Shown: positions 13,980 to 27,637 of the stretch, in pieces | Layout: each line of letters begins with the position of its first letter | Numbering within the stretch: position 1 is the first letter of the stretch | Source of the DNA: Eledone cirrhosa | Lineage: Eukaryota | Assembly: GCA_964016885.1 (NCBI GenBank) | Contig: OZ024746.1 | Coordinates: 90,830,001-90,894,000, forward strand | DNA: 64,000 nt | Direction of reading: 5' to 3' | Notes under the pieces: generated by a model | What the model saw: only the letters and a program-made list of their open reading frames with translations | Databases searched by the model: none | Told to the model about the DNA's origin: nothing | Translations under genes and position numbers: made by a program

Positions 13980-16735
13980 ACATACACACACATTTATGTG
14001 AAAAGAAAATTATACAACACTTACACTACCAACTCCAGCAACACATTCGAAAACTCACCGACATATTTCCAAAAGTAATTATAAGCCCAGAGTGACTACT
14101 CCAGAAAACAACCGCTTCAATCTCGAGAAGAAACGCCTGAAATGAAAATTTCTATGGCTTTGCAAAGATCATCACCGGAACAACAATTCTTCACACTACA
14201 ACAATAGAGACAGTCAAGAAACTACCACCACTGAAGCCACCGACACTTCAAACAATACCACAACTCTCGTCACAGACTTGACAGGATCTCTATCACACGA
14301 AGAACTTAAACTCCTCAGTCTTGGCGCAAAATCTAAACTATAATAAAGTAAGAAACGTGGGACTGCGTACGGTTTATAATTTTTTTATCCCATTAGTAAA
14401 ATAAGTTGGATTATTTTGAATAAATAATGAATGAATATTACATAATTTATCTTCTAAATGTCGTGGCTGTTCATTAAATATATTTTATTATTTATTTAAA
14501 GATTCACTTCTTTAAAATTTTCAAATGTCAACACTTCCGGTGGCGATCGCTTAAATAAACATACTAATTTTCTGTCACTAATTTTCTCCTAATGCAGTAT
14601 ATATATAATATCATCTTTATTTTAATGTATCATGGATTACGTTACTGAATACATAAGAGAGTGTAACACAGTCTTCGTTCAATTTCTATGTATATTGTCA
14701 ATTACGATTTTATTTGATGTATCATATCTACATGTATATATACTTGCGTATAATATCAATATACACACTACACAGGCTAGCAGAAAACCACCCGAGGGGT
14801 GGTTTTTCTGCTAGTTTATATTAACTCAGCGACTAGACGACAAGATGAAACTAAATCTTGAAGCCAGCTTTTGCCGAGCTGCCTACCAACTCAAATGGCT
14901 CTCAGCAATAAACACTACTACTGCGATGATCAACACTAAATTTCCTATATACCACATAGACCACCCGCTCACTCCACCGCCTATCAACCGAGAGCTTGAC
15001 CTCAAACTCTCCCTAGACTTCAGCAGTCTATTTTTAACATATTACTGAAACATAAGAAGGTACTCCCTAACCTCTCCAGGAAACACCTCATTCTAAACAA
15101 CATACGACAGAAGGATCTCGTATACCTCCCTTCTGATAAAGGGAAAGAATTCTGCGTCATCTCTAGGGACATATACAAAAGCTTCGCATATGAGCACATT
15201 AACAACGGCGAACTATATACAGAAGTGACATAGCTGCATCCCAGATTGAAGATCACATCAACACCACCTGGACGGTTATCGGCAGACGTAGACAACTCCC
15301 CAACAAATATAAAAATAGCCTCTCCATCAGAAACAACAGACTACCAACGTTCTACCACCTCATTAAAACCCACAAAACCAGTGTTAATTTACAGATTAGA
15401 CCAATTGTCTCAAATATAGAAGGACCCCTCTATAAAATCTCCTGGTTCCTCTCCCAGATCCTCAAGCCCATGCTTGCTACTTTTCTTGGACATTTCAGCA
15501 GCTCCGACGAAGTCATACAAAGACTACATCAACTACAACTTAACCAACTTGAACTCAACAGATATGCCTCGACGTTGTCTCCCTCTACTAGACAGTACCT
15601 GCTCCCCCAGAGGTCAACCTAGTGATTGAACGCATCATTTCATACAACATATACTGCTTTGACCTCACCCCACAAGACATACATCAGTTTCGATCCGTCA
15701 TCGTAGAAAATACATATTTCACTTTCTACCACCACACATACAAACAAACAACAGGCCTACCCCTGGAGTCCAGTCTTTCAGGCCTTCTAACCATCACTTA
15801 TATGAACCAACAGGTACGTTGAGTGCTCAACACCCTGCCGCTCCTGTATTTTCTTCACCCGATACAAAGATGATACACTCATCTTCATATCATCCCGTGA
15901 AGAGGCTGACATAATATCTACGGCATTTTCAAACACAGATAACAACATATGATTTACCACAGAACACCCCGATAAAAATGGTTCCTTGTTTCTGCTGGAC
16001 TTCCAACAGATGAAGGTACTATATACACCAACTTCTATAAGAAAGCTGCCAGCAGAGACCTGTGTGTGCATTATGGATCAGCCCTTCCCTTGGTGCTACT
16101 ACCGGATACATAAGAAATGAATGGAATAAATGTAGCAAGACAGAGGACCAGACCACTCACACTGCACACTGAAGACGAACGGATACCCAATACCCATAAT
16201 GAATCGACTTAAGAATCGAAAGCGCTGCAGACATAAAACCTCCTCTAACGCCTGCTTCATGAAATAACCACATTTCAGCGAAAGAATAACCAGAGCTATC
16301 TGCAGAGCTATCCGAAAAGAAGGACTGTACATACAATTAGCACACTCAGGCCCTTCATGGCGTGGATACCTGTCTAAAAAGTAATACAGACACAATTACA
16401 ATCAATGCTCGCTGACTAACTTCTCTATCCGCGATACAGGTATGTATCAGCGGACACATGTGGTATACCGAATTGACTGCAACAAATGTAAGGGGTTCTA
16501 CATTGGAAGCACGACTCGAGAACTCCGCACCTGCATTAAAGAACATCTCAACCCACACGCATCCTCATTTATAAAACACATCGACAATGTAGAATCATCA
16601 ACCAACATATTACTGTTACCATTAAAGCCAGTGATAGAAATGTGGGAAACTTAAGAATTAAGGAAGCCTTGCTCATACGTAGACTCAACCTTTAAATAAA
16701 TAATAGATTAGAACTCAGCACACAGTACTTGACAT
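13980..16735 (+). mobile_element. Decayed near-full-length Penelope-like element (RT + GIY-YIG), interrupted by a Helitron
   Basis: Fragments RPIVSNIEGP, DVVSLY, KQTTGLPLESSLSG, RYKDDTLIF, FYKK; GIY-YIG VVYRIDCNKCKGFYIGSTTRELRTCIKEH; many stops and frameshifts. Confidence 0.9.
14332..14814 (+). mobile_element. Non-autonomous Helitron (family H1) nested in the PLE
   Basis: A|TC...hairpin gcagaaaaccacc/ggtggtttttctgc..CTAG|T; removal restores PLE frame LGAKFILT; no TSD. Confidence 0.9.
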
Positions 16736-16818
16736 AAAAAAGACACACTCACAGGCACACAAACTAAACATCTCATACAAAAAGGAAATTGATTTCGTGA
16801 AATACTATATTGGCAATT

Positions 16819-17022
16819 GACGTCATTCTCGTGGAAAGCGAAGTAACCATTGAAAAACGATCGAAAACGACTTAGAAAATTTTTTAATCAAAATCAAAAT
16901 GTTATGCCAAAGAGAGAAAACTGGAACGTCATCCACTAAAAGTTCCTTAGACACTTTTGAAGGGACTTTTAGGTCCCGAAATATTGGAGAGATAAAAGAA
17001 CAACAACAACAACACAAAACAG
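16819..17022 (+). promoter_or_regulatory. Candidate promoter (palindromic CRE TGACGTCA at 16819-16826) and first exon
   Basis: CRE site, AAAATG at 16899, AG|gtaact donor at 17022/17023. Confidence 0.3.
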
Positions 17023-17100
17023 GTAACTTTTACGTTTCGTTACCTCATCTTACAGTAAATTTTGCATTGCCTTCTATCTCTTTCAACGTTATCAAGCAAA

Positions 17101-17195
<95 letters not shown>

Positions 17196-17413
17196 ATAGG
17201 ATCATTGTATATTTTGTTACGTAATGCAAGGTCTCACATTTTTATTCAGAAGTATGATGAGTTTTTGATTGTAGAGTCGGGCCTGATCGATACAGATCGA
17301 ACCTTGAGCTGATCATTCGCAAAACACGCGTCAAACATAAATAAATGTAATGAAAATTTGATACATCGTCCATGCTTTTTATTGTGCTCACTTTGGTGAA
17401 CCAACACTAACTT

Positions 17414-17434
17414 GATAGATAGATAGATAAATAG

Positions 17435-17514
<80 letters not shown>

Positions 17515-17714
17515 GTAACCATCCTCCGGGGAAACGCCTTCTCCATCCTGTCCGCTGGGGCTCTGGGAAGGCCATCACGTGGGACCCCATTTGCTCACCA
17601 TACGAATTAATAGGCAAAGTCCATATTATTATAAAGCGAATTGTTATTTATGAATATGGAAAACAATGTCAATATATAGATGGATAGATAGATGGATTCA
17701 TGGATGGATAGATG

Positions 17715-17766
<52 letters not shown>
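17414..17766. repeat. Two (GATA)n microsatellites
   Basis: Tracts at 17414-17513 and ~17677-17766. Confidence 0.9.
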
Positions 17767-17767
<1 letters not shown>

Positions 17768-18478
17768 ATTTGTTTTCTTTGACAATATTTATTTCTGCTG
17801 TCAACTTCTTTGGAAAGTCATCGATTTGAATCAAACGAATGGCATCGAAATATTGGCAAGCAGAATATATCATACGTGGCACGAAGGCCAGAAACAAAAT
17901 AAAAACAGCAAGAAATAAAGGACTTCATTTCGGTGAGTTGATAACTATTTGTAAGGGGTGAATCAATTGGGGGCGATAATAAACATATATTTTAGTATGT
18001 CAACAATGATATGGTTGGTTAGAGGTCTCCAACAGGCCAAACACTGGTTCACTGCATTGACTAAAGAACCGTTTTATCAAGTTTCTCCTTGTCTACATAT
18101 TTCAACGATATATAGCTGTGAAAGATATGGACAGGCATGTGTGTGTGTGAGTGTGTGTGTGTGTGTGAGAGTGTGTATGTGTTATGTATGTGTGTGTGAG
18201 TGTGTGAGTGTGTGTTAGTGTGTGTGTGTGTGAGTATGTGTGTGTGTGTGTGTATGTGAGAGTGTGTGTGAGTATGTATGTGTGTATGTGTATATGTGTG
18301 TATGTGTGTATGCGTTAGTGTGTGTGTGTGTGTATACAGGTACACTACTAATTTATCAACATGACTGTTAAACTGGGAATAACAAGGTCAGCAATTTTGG
18401 GGAAGGGAAAGTCGATTAAATCGCCTCAGTGTATTACTGGTACTTTATTTTATCGACCCCGTGTATGAAAGGCAAAGC

Positions 18479-19382
18479 TAACCTCGGCGGGATTTGAACT
18501 CAGAACGTAACTCTATGCCGTAAAACATGTTGTCTGACGCTCTACCAGTTTATGAAAACTGCAGTTAAGCCGGGATTTACAACAAGTAGTGATACAAATT
18601 GTGCGCGACTCGACAGTCGAACATATGAACCGAGTTGACAGGATCCCAGACATCGTGGGTTAACCGAGTTGACAAGATCCCAGACATCGTGGGTTAACCG
18701 AGTTGACAAGATCCCAGACATCGTGGGTTAACCGAGTTGACAAGATCCCAGACATCGTGGGTTAATCGAGTTGACAAGATCCCAGACATCGTGGGTTAAC
18801 CGAGTTGACAAGATCCCAGACATCGTGGGTTAACCGAGTTGACAAGATCCCAGACATCGTGGGTTAACCGAGTTGACAAGATCCCAGACATCGTGAGTTA
18901 ACCGAGTTGACAAGATCCCAGACATCGTGGGTTAACCGAGTTGACAAGATCCCAGACATCGTGGGTTAACCGAGTTGACAAGATCCCAGACATCGTGGGT
19001 TAACCGAGTTGACAAGATCCCAGACATCGTGGGTTAACCGACTTGACAAGATCCCAGACATCGTGGGTTAACCGAGTTGACAAGATCCCAGACATCGTGG
19101 GTTAACCGAGTTGACAAGATCCCAGACATCGTGGGTTAACCGAGTTGACAAGATCCCAGACATCGTGGGTTAATCGAGTTGACAAGATCCCAGACATCGT
19201 GGGTTAACCGAGTTGACAAGATCCCATACGGCATAGAGTTACGACTGTCGAGTCGCGCACAATTTGTATCACTACTTGTTGTAAATCCCGGCTTAACTGC
19301 AGTTTTCATAAACTGGTAGAGCGTCAGACAACATGTTTTACGGCATAGAGTTACGTTCTGAGTTCAAATCCCGCCGAGGTTA
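18479..19382. repeat. Inverted duplication (18479-18620 vs 19241-19382) enclosing the 34-bp array
   Basis: ~142-bp arms are reverse complements and include a SINE 5' half. Confidence 0.9.
18628..19226. repeat. Homogeneous 34-bp tandem array (~17.6 copies)
   Basis: Unit aaccgagttgacaagatcccagacatcgtgggtt; only single-base variants; no spacers. Confidence 0.95.
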
Positions 19383-19397
19383 ACCGAATAGACAAGA

Positions 19398-19808
19398 TCA
19401 CGTTCATATACACACATACACACACACATAAGCGTACATATACACGTTCTTATACACACACACACATAAGCGTACATATTCACGTTCATATACACACGTA
19501 CACACACAGAAGCGTACATATTCACGTTTATATACACACATACACACACACATAAGCGTACATATTCACGTTCATATACACACATACACACACACATAAG
19601 CGTACATATTCACGTTCATATACACACATACACACATACACACACACATAAGCGTACATATTCACGTTCATATACACACATACACACACACATAAGCGTA
19701 CATATTCACGTTCATATACACACATACACACATACAAACACACATAAGCGTACATATTCACGTTCATATACACACATACAAACACACATAAGCGTACATA
19801 TTCACGTT

Positions 19809-19886
<78 letters not shown>

Positions 19887-20110
19887 AGCGTACATATACA
19901 CGTTCATATACACACATACACACACACGAAAACACACACACACACATACATGCACCCACACATACACACGCATACACGCGCACATACATAGACACACAAA
20001 AACATACACACACACACACATTATGCGTACATATACACGTTCATATGCACACACACACACACGCACACACACACACGAACACTCACACACACACGAACAC
20101 TCACACACAC
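19398..20110. repeat. Minisatellite cacacataagcgtacatattcacgttcatata(ca)n
   Basis: About 10 copies with variable CA spacer. Confidence 0.9.
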
Positions 20111-20498
20111 ATTTGAAAACAAGGGTTTTTTATCCCCCTCTATTCGATGTTTCCTTATCTTTCTTTATTTCTCTTTACCCACCTTCGTTCCCTTTTACTC
20201 TCCTCACACCTTCCCTCTCTTTTGTCGTTAATCCTCTTTTATTTCTTTTCTTATTTTATTCATTCATCCATTTATTTTTTTATTTTTGTATTCATTTATC
20301 TATTTATGTATGTATTTATTTATTTATTGCCTTTCCTCTTCTTTACTATATCTCTAATTTGCTCTACGTCCTTTTCTTCTTTAAGTTTATCATATTATTT
20401 GTGGTATAAAAACGTTGAGATTTGATGAAATAAATCACTGCCAATACTGAAATTGAATAATCAAGACCGTAGCGGTACGTCATATATCAAATCATATC

Positions 20499-20564
20499 TT
20501 TTGTCTGATGAGGACGTACTGAAAAAAAAAACAATACAGTACCTTTGAAATATATATAATAAAG
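20499..20564 (+). ncRNA. Type-I hammerhead ribozyme fold
   Basis: ttttgt-CTGATGA-ggacgtactg/cagtaccttt-GAAA-tatata-TA-ataaag. Confidence 0.6.
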
Positions 20565-20617
20565 TATATATTTTGATTATGCGAATATTTTTTTTATTTG
20601 TTAACATTTTGAATAAT

Positions 20618-20696
<79 letters not shown>

Positions 20697-21202
20697 GAAG
20701 GATGGGGTTTATAGTTCTTTTTTCATAACATTTTCATTCAAAATATGGCTGCATCTGTATGGGACAGGTTTTACACAATTTACGTCTGCCAAATTCCACT
20801 CACATTAAAGAGTAAACAGTTTTTAATTCATGAATGGTTTCTGGAACTTGAGAAACCAAGCCCTATTTTACTTGCAGAAGGGGAATAATATAGTAATTCA
20901 TGTGACGAAGTACATATGTTGAAATATAAATAGTTGACTACTTTAAAAAAATGTGACTGAAGAAAGTAAACAGAATTTTACAAGATGCTTTTAGAATTTC
21001 AGAGAAACATGAATCTTCATTTGTGTGTGTGTGTGTGTGTGTGTGTGTGAGATGTTTCAGCTGACATTTTCTTTTCTGTGGTGTTCATGTTGTGAAGTGA
21101 TACTAATGACGACGATGACAATGAGGATGATGATGATGATAACTATGATGACATGGTGGTGATGATGATAACAACGATGATAATTTAATAACGATTTCAA
21201 TG

Positions 21203-21630
21203 ATGGATAGGTTTGCTGCCGAGTGCTGCAAGGCAGGAATGAAAATCAGTGCTGCGAAAACTGGACATTCATCCTCTCGAGAACGCCTGCACAGCGTGCT
21301 TTGCTTGTGAATGCAGTTACATTGCAGCAGGTGGAGAAATTGGAGTATCTTGGGGCCATGTTCACAAGTGATGGAAGGCAGGCGCTGAATTAAATGCAAG
21401 AATTGCTGGAGCTGGTGCAATAATGCACACGGTCATCAGAAGAAGGGAGGCAGGAGTAAAAGACAAACCTGCTATTATTTTCAATTCGTTATTATTACCT
21501 ACAACTATGAATGTTAGGAACTGAACAAAAGAATACGATCGTGAATAAAAGTAATGTTACTCGACAGAGTACGCAGTTCGGAGATCAAGAGTCGCTTCAA
21601 GTAGAACCACTCCTTGTCAGCTTCGAAAGT
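21203..21630 (+). mobile_element. RTE (Expander/Rex3-like) LINE RT C-terminal fragment
   Basis: DRFAAECCKAGMKISAAKT..QQVEKLEYLGAMFTSDGRQ..ELNARIAGAGAIM. Confidence 0.85.
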
Positions 21631-21756
21631 TATATAGGAAAATAAGTTAAAAACATTTGCAAGATAAATCACAATTTATAAATGACTGAGGGTGGTAAAG
21701 AGTAAGTTGTGGGTGTTCTAGCGAATATAGTGTTCAAAATTAACACTATTATTAGA

Positions 21757-21930
21757 ATTATCGGTAGAGGGTCGGACGCCATGCTTTGTAGCATAGAATT
21801 AGAATTATGGCCCTTTTATGTTCTGAGTTCAAATCCCGCCGAGGTTAACTGCCTGGTAGATAAAATAAAGTACCAGTAATGCACTGGGGATAATTACTGG
21901 CCTTGTGCCAAAAGTAGAAACAATTATTAA
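21757..21930 (+). mobile_element. tRNA-derived SINE
   Basis: tcggtagagggtcggacgccatgc..gagttcaaatcccgccgagg..aaagtagaaacaatta. Confidence 0.85.
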
Positions 21931-22002
21931 AATGTACTACGATTGGATTGTTTGAAATGTCTCAATTTTTAGATTGATCAAAAAGCTTGCTTAGAGTCTT
22001 GG

Positions 22003-22070
<68 letters not shown>

Positions 22071-22074
<4 letters not shown>

Positions 22075-22240
22075 GTTAAAGCATTGGGCTTGCAATCGAA
22101 AGGTGAGTTCAATTCTCGGACCGGGTGATGTGTTGTTTCCTTGAGCAAGACACTTTATTTCACGTTGCTCCAGTTTACTCAGCTGTGGAAATGAGTACCG
22201 GCCTGCCTGATTAACTAACCATAGGGGAGTTTGGGACAAT
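22071..22240 (+). mobile_element. CORE-like tRNA SINE (second copy ~33600-33730 -)
   Basis: agtggttaaagc..gagttcaattc..ccttgagcaagacactttatttcacgttgctccag..ctcagctg. Confidence 0.75.
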
Positions 22241-22650
22241 ATAATAATGTAATATACACATATTTATATGTATATGTGTTTTGTGGTGTCCGCCTTAACA
22301 AGTTTTGCTTGATGACCGAAAGAACTAAAAATAATCAAAATAATTAAAATAACTCAATAATCAGAGCTCTCTCCGCCTCTAGAGATTTTCTCACTTGCTA
22401 CGAACGCGTCAAGAAACAATCCTTTTTTTCTGAGGGGTCTCTTGATAAGCCGTATCAACTTCACAGCGATGATGCATTTTTATAGTGCAGACAGATCGGC
22501 GAAACTGCAGTCGGGACTTTGAAGAACAAATATTGTTATACTTATATAACAATATATATATAATATACGTTATTTCGGGTTGAATCGGAGGTAACCACAG
22601 TAAGTAAGGTACTCAATACATTGCAGAGTATAAAAGTTTTAATATAGATG

Positions 22651-22701
22651 AGATTCTACAGGACTAGAATTGTTTCATTCTTTAGAAATCATCAGGAATC
22701 T
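22651..22701 (-). ncRNA. Type-I hammerhead fold in the left arm of a 61-bp-arm palindrome (22635-22760)
   Basis: Minus strand: agattc-CTGATGA-t ttc taaa gaa t-GAAA-ca..tg-TA-gaatct. Confidence 0.6.
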
Positions 22702-22759
22702 GATGATTTCTAAAGAATGAAACAATTCTAGTCCTGTAGAATCTCATCTATATTAAAAC

Positions 22760-22806
<47 letters not shown>

Positions 22807-23020
22807 CCTGTTAGTTCTTTCGTTGTTTTGGTATTGTATGGTTGAGTTTTGCCTACCACAATTTTCAATTTGTCAAGCATTTAAACGTAATGTTATTACT
22901 CTAAGGACCTACCCTTATTGGGTGCTTTGCTACTCATTCCTTATTGTAGGTCGACTTTGCTTGGCCACAGCCAAAGCTTCGATTAAACTAAGCTTCCACT
23001 TGTATATATATATATATAAT

Positions 23021-23277
<257 letters not shown>

Positions 23278-23428
23278 TCATAACCTATCATAAACATTCC
23301 ATCTCCCATCATACACTTAAATATAAAGTAGAAGGCAAAGCCTGCCTTTTACCTTATTAACTATGACCATCAGTGGCATTTGGTGATGGATTATTAGCCT
23401 GTATCATACTTTCATTAATGGTTGTAGG

Positions 23429-23898
23429 CAGAGGCGCAACTAGGGTATGGCAAGCATGGCAGGTACCATGGGCCTCACATGAAGGAGGCGCCACTAGGAG
23501 CAGGTCCTATTAAAGTCAAATAAGCCTCGTCGGTGAGTGAAAAGGAAACTCCATCAGATGTATGATCTGTCTCTGATTATCATGGGTGAGAACACTATGG
23601 TGGCTGGATCATTAAACCATTTATATAAATTATTAGACCTCCATAGGTAAAAATACAGTGCTGGGTAGGGGCACAATTTCACTGCTTGCCATAGGTGCTA
23701 TTTCCCCTAGTTATGCCTCTGGACAGGGGTCACAATTTCACTGCTTGCCATAGGTGCTATTTCCCCTAGTTATGCCTCTGGACAGGGGTCACAATTTCAC
23801 TGCTTGCCATAGGTGCTATTTCCCCTAGTTATGCCTCTGGACAGGGGTCACAATTTCACTGCTTGCCATAGGTGCTATTTCCCCTAGTTATGCCTCTG
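23429..23898. mobile_element. hAT-like MITE whose right end is amplified as a 59-bp tandem repeat (~4 copies)
   Basis: TIR cagaggcgcaactaggg / ccctagttatgcctctg; the right TIR recurs every 59 bp over ~23670-23898. Confidence 0.75.
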
Positions 23899-23917
23899 TA
23901 GGTGTCTATTCACTCAC

Positions 23918-24179
23918 GAGCAGACACAGTCATACTCTTGGCATTCTTACTCGTGACGAAGAGGGAACTCCAGAATATTTGAGACAGCGAAAGAGAAGGA
24001 TACAACAGCACTGTTGCTGATGCATTCTTTATCGAACTCGACTGAACAGCAGAATAAAATATCAGCGACATTTTAACACAGAGATCAGTTAGTTGCACAA
24101 ATACCCTAACATATTCTGTCCAACGATCGAACAACTCAGTCAAAAGGACTGCTTTTGTTTCACGTAATAACCTTATATA
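23918..24179 (-). promoter_or_regulatory. Candidate TATA+Inr promoter and first exon
   Basis: Minus strand TATATAAG at 24179-24172, GCAGTC Inr-like with A at 24150 (29 nt from TATA), GTGAGT donor at 23917. Confidence 0.4.
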
Positions 24180-24237
24180 CCGCACTGTCAATTCAGTTAG
24201 TACATATAACACGAAATAAGGAAATTTATATATAATC

Positions 24238-24420
24238 ATTTCTACATTTGGCACAAGGTCAGCAATTTTAGGGGAAGGGAAATCGGTTAAATCAACCCCA
24301 GTGTGTTACTGGTGCTTTATTTTATCGACCCCGTAAGGATGAAAGGCAAAGCTAACCTCGGTGGGATTTGAACTCAGAAGGTAAAGGGCCATAACGGCTA
24401 TCCGACGCTCCACCGATACC
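24238..24420 (-). mobile_element. tRNA-derived SINE
   Basis: Family motifs on the minus strand. Confidence 0.8.
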
Positions 24421-24819
24421 TCCCACCTACTGACCTTTAAATTTAGATATAATTTTTGCTCTGCTGCTTGAAAAACATCAAATAAAGAACAGAAATAAAC
24501 CATGTTGCTAGGAACAAGATTGCAAACAGTCCTAGCAAATAACGGTATATTCAGAATTTTGTGGCAACATATGGAAGCATTTCTTTTCATTTTTTGCTAC
24601 TTTAAATTCCTCTTCCAGCTGTATTAATAACAGTTGGAGATTTGAAGTAGCATTATACATTCAAACTTTCGTAATGCATGGTAACAGTTTCATTGAAGCA
24701 AACATCTTTACAAAAAGCAATATTAGTAAATGTATTCATATTTCTAGAATTAATTTAATTATCTGATTGAATACGAACACCATATATAATGTTTTGAACT
24801 ATTTCCTCGAAATCTTATA

Positions 24820-25159
24820 TCTATATAATACTAAAACTTTGTGATTGCTTGCCTCCTTGTTTGTAATGTAATACAGCCAAAAGAGCGCACAATGGGAACA
24901 TACTTTGAAAGGAAGTTGACCCTGAAATGTGAATCCAAATGGAATAAAACAAGTATCGGAGCACAGGTTCCGGAAATATGGGTTTTTTTCCGGGTACCTT
25001 CATATCATAGGGAGCGAGAGAGAGAGAGGGAGAGAGAGAGAGGGAGAGAGAGAGAGTGGGAGAGAGAGAGAGGGAGAGGGAGAGAGAGAGCTGGTGTTGT
25101 GTATATATATATATATGCGTATGTGTGTCTATGACCAGTGTATATAGATCACAGACATC

Positions 25160-25201
<42 letters not shown>

Positions 25202-25210
25202 CACACACTC

Positions 25211-25258
<48 letters not shown>

Positions 25259-25703
25259 GCACACACATATATATATATATATATGGGCCTTCCAGTTTCA
25301 TTTCACATTATATATACTAGCAGAAAAACCACCTTTCGAGTGGTATTCTGCTAGTATGTGTAGTGTGTATATTGATATTATACGCAAGTATATATGCATG
25401 CAGATATGATACATCAAATAATATCGTAATTGACAATATACACAGAAATTGAACGAAGACTGTGTTACACTGTCTTCTGTAATCAGTAACGTAATCTATG
25501 ATACATCAAAAAAAGACGATATTATATATAAACTGCATTAGGAGAAAATTAGTGATAGAAATATATGAATATTTATTTAAACGATCGCTAACCGGAAGTA
25601 TTGACTTTTGAAAATTTTAAAGAAAGAAGTGAATCTTTAAATAAGTAATAAAATATATTTAATGAACAGCCACGAAATTTAGTAGATAAATTATGTGGTC
25701 TAG
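24820..25703 (+). mobile_element. Helitron (family H2) with a nested truncated H1 Helitron (25317-25695, -)
   Basis: 5' TCTATATAATACTAAAAC, 3' gtggtCTAG; internal module also present at ~28830-29220, ending cgcgtcacgggtggtCTAG|T. Confidence 0.6.
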
Positions 25704-26216
25704 CGATAAACGGAAAAAATGAAACGAAATTTCATTTCCTACTCTTAGTACATATATATATGTGTGCATGTATGTATATATATACATACTACTGTACGTC
25801 TGTATACATATATGTATGTACGTATACATACTTATATTTAAGTAACAGCCGTACTAAGAGTGGGAAATGAAATTTCGTTTCATTTTTTCCGTTTATCGTT
25901 TTCGGTGCACCCCGCCGATTAACCCACTCGATATGCAAATTGGGCTACTCAGCCGTTAATATGCATGAGGAAAGTATATACTTTCGGACGTTCAACAATC
26001 TGGCAGGAAGGTATACGTTGCTGACGATAGCTAAGAAGCTTGAAACTAGTTATTGATAGTTCCACACAAAACATTGATTTGCCATAAAAACATCTGGCAA
26101 AGGTTGCTATTGAAAATCCAGTATGGGCACCCAGGATCGCTAGCATTTTCAGGCGCACTCTGGGAACTGCGAATAACTCCACCCACTCCACCTGTATGTT
26201 TATATATATATACGAG

Positions 26217-26271
<55 letters not shown>

Positions 26272-26276
26272 TATAT

Positions 26277-26650
26277 ATATTGCCAGAAATAATAACAGAA
26301 CACACTCACTGTTTGGTTGGTTTTCGCTTCTGCATCCTTTATATCTCCACAGTTAATTCTTCCGGTCCTCAATGTTACCATTGACTGACCAACGGTCAAA
26401 TATACAGATATAATATAGATAGCACCACTGACGATGTTGCAACGAAAGAACTTTGTTAGACTATATATATATATTTATATCTGTATTTTTGACCGTTGGT
26501 CAGTCAATGATAAACATTGAGGACCAAATGAATTAACTGTGGAGATATAAAAGATACAGAAGCGAAAACCAACCAAACAGTGAGTGTGTTCTGTTATTAT
26601 TTCTGGCAATATTATTACAACAATATGACCCTCCCCAAGTATAACAATAT
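26277..26650 (+). mobile_element. Penelope-type terminal-repeat element with inverted 5' arm
   Basis: IR 26277-26412/26476-26612; spacer holds CTGACGA..GAAAgaacTT; ends atgaccc..ccaagtataacaata like the PLE terminus at 30620-30645. Confidence 0.7.
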
Positions 26651-26705
26651 ATATATATATATATAATGTAGATAAATCTACCAAAAGTGTCCAATGAATT
26701 AATTT

Positions 26706-26942
26706 ATATATATATATATATGTATGTATATATATATATATATATGTACGTATATATATATGTATATATATGTATGTATATATATATGTATATATATATG
26801 TATATATATGTATGTATATATATATGTATATATATATGTATGTATATGTATGTATGTATATATATGTATATATATATATATGTATATATATATGTATGTA
26901 TATATATGTATATATATATATATATATGTATGTATATATATG

Positions 26943-26973
<31 letters not shown>

Positions 26974-27002
26974 ATATATATGTATATATATGTATATATA
27001 TG

Positions 27003-27033
<31 letters not shown>

Positions 27034-27060
27034 GTATATATATATATATGTATATATATG

Positions 27061-27093
<33 letters not shown>

Positions 27094-27106
27094 GTATATA
27101 TATATG

Positions 27107-27171
<65 letters not shown>

Positions 27172-27242
27172 GTATATATATGTATATATATATATGTATA
27201 TATATATATATGTATATATATGTATATATATATATGTATATG

Positions 27243-27323
<81 letters not shown>

Positions 27324-27338
27324 GTATATATATATATG

Positions 27339-27392
<54 letters not shown>

Positions 27393-27542
27393 TGTATATA
27401 TATGTATATATATGTATATATATATGTATATATATGTATATATATGTATATATATATGTATATATATATATATATGTATATATATGTATATATATATGTA
27501 TATATATATGTATATATATGTATATATATATGTATATATATG

Positions 27543-27637
<95 letters not shown>

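Noticed and set aside
18628-19226. CRISPR array
   Set aside because: Units are contiguous with no unique spacers, there are no cas genes, and the context is eukaryotic
23901-24021. Insulin-like or neuropeptide exon (..RKRRIQQHCC*)
   Set aside because: Stops after CC, lacks the remaining cysteines, and the acceptor derives from a MITE end
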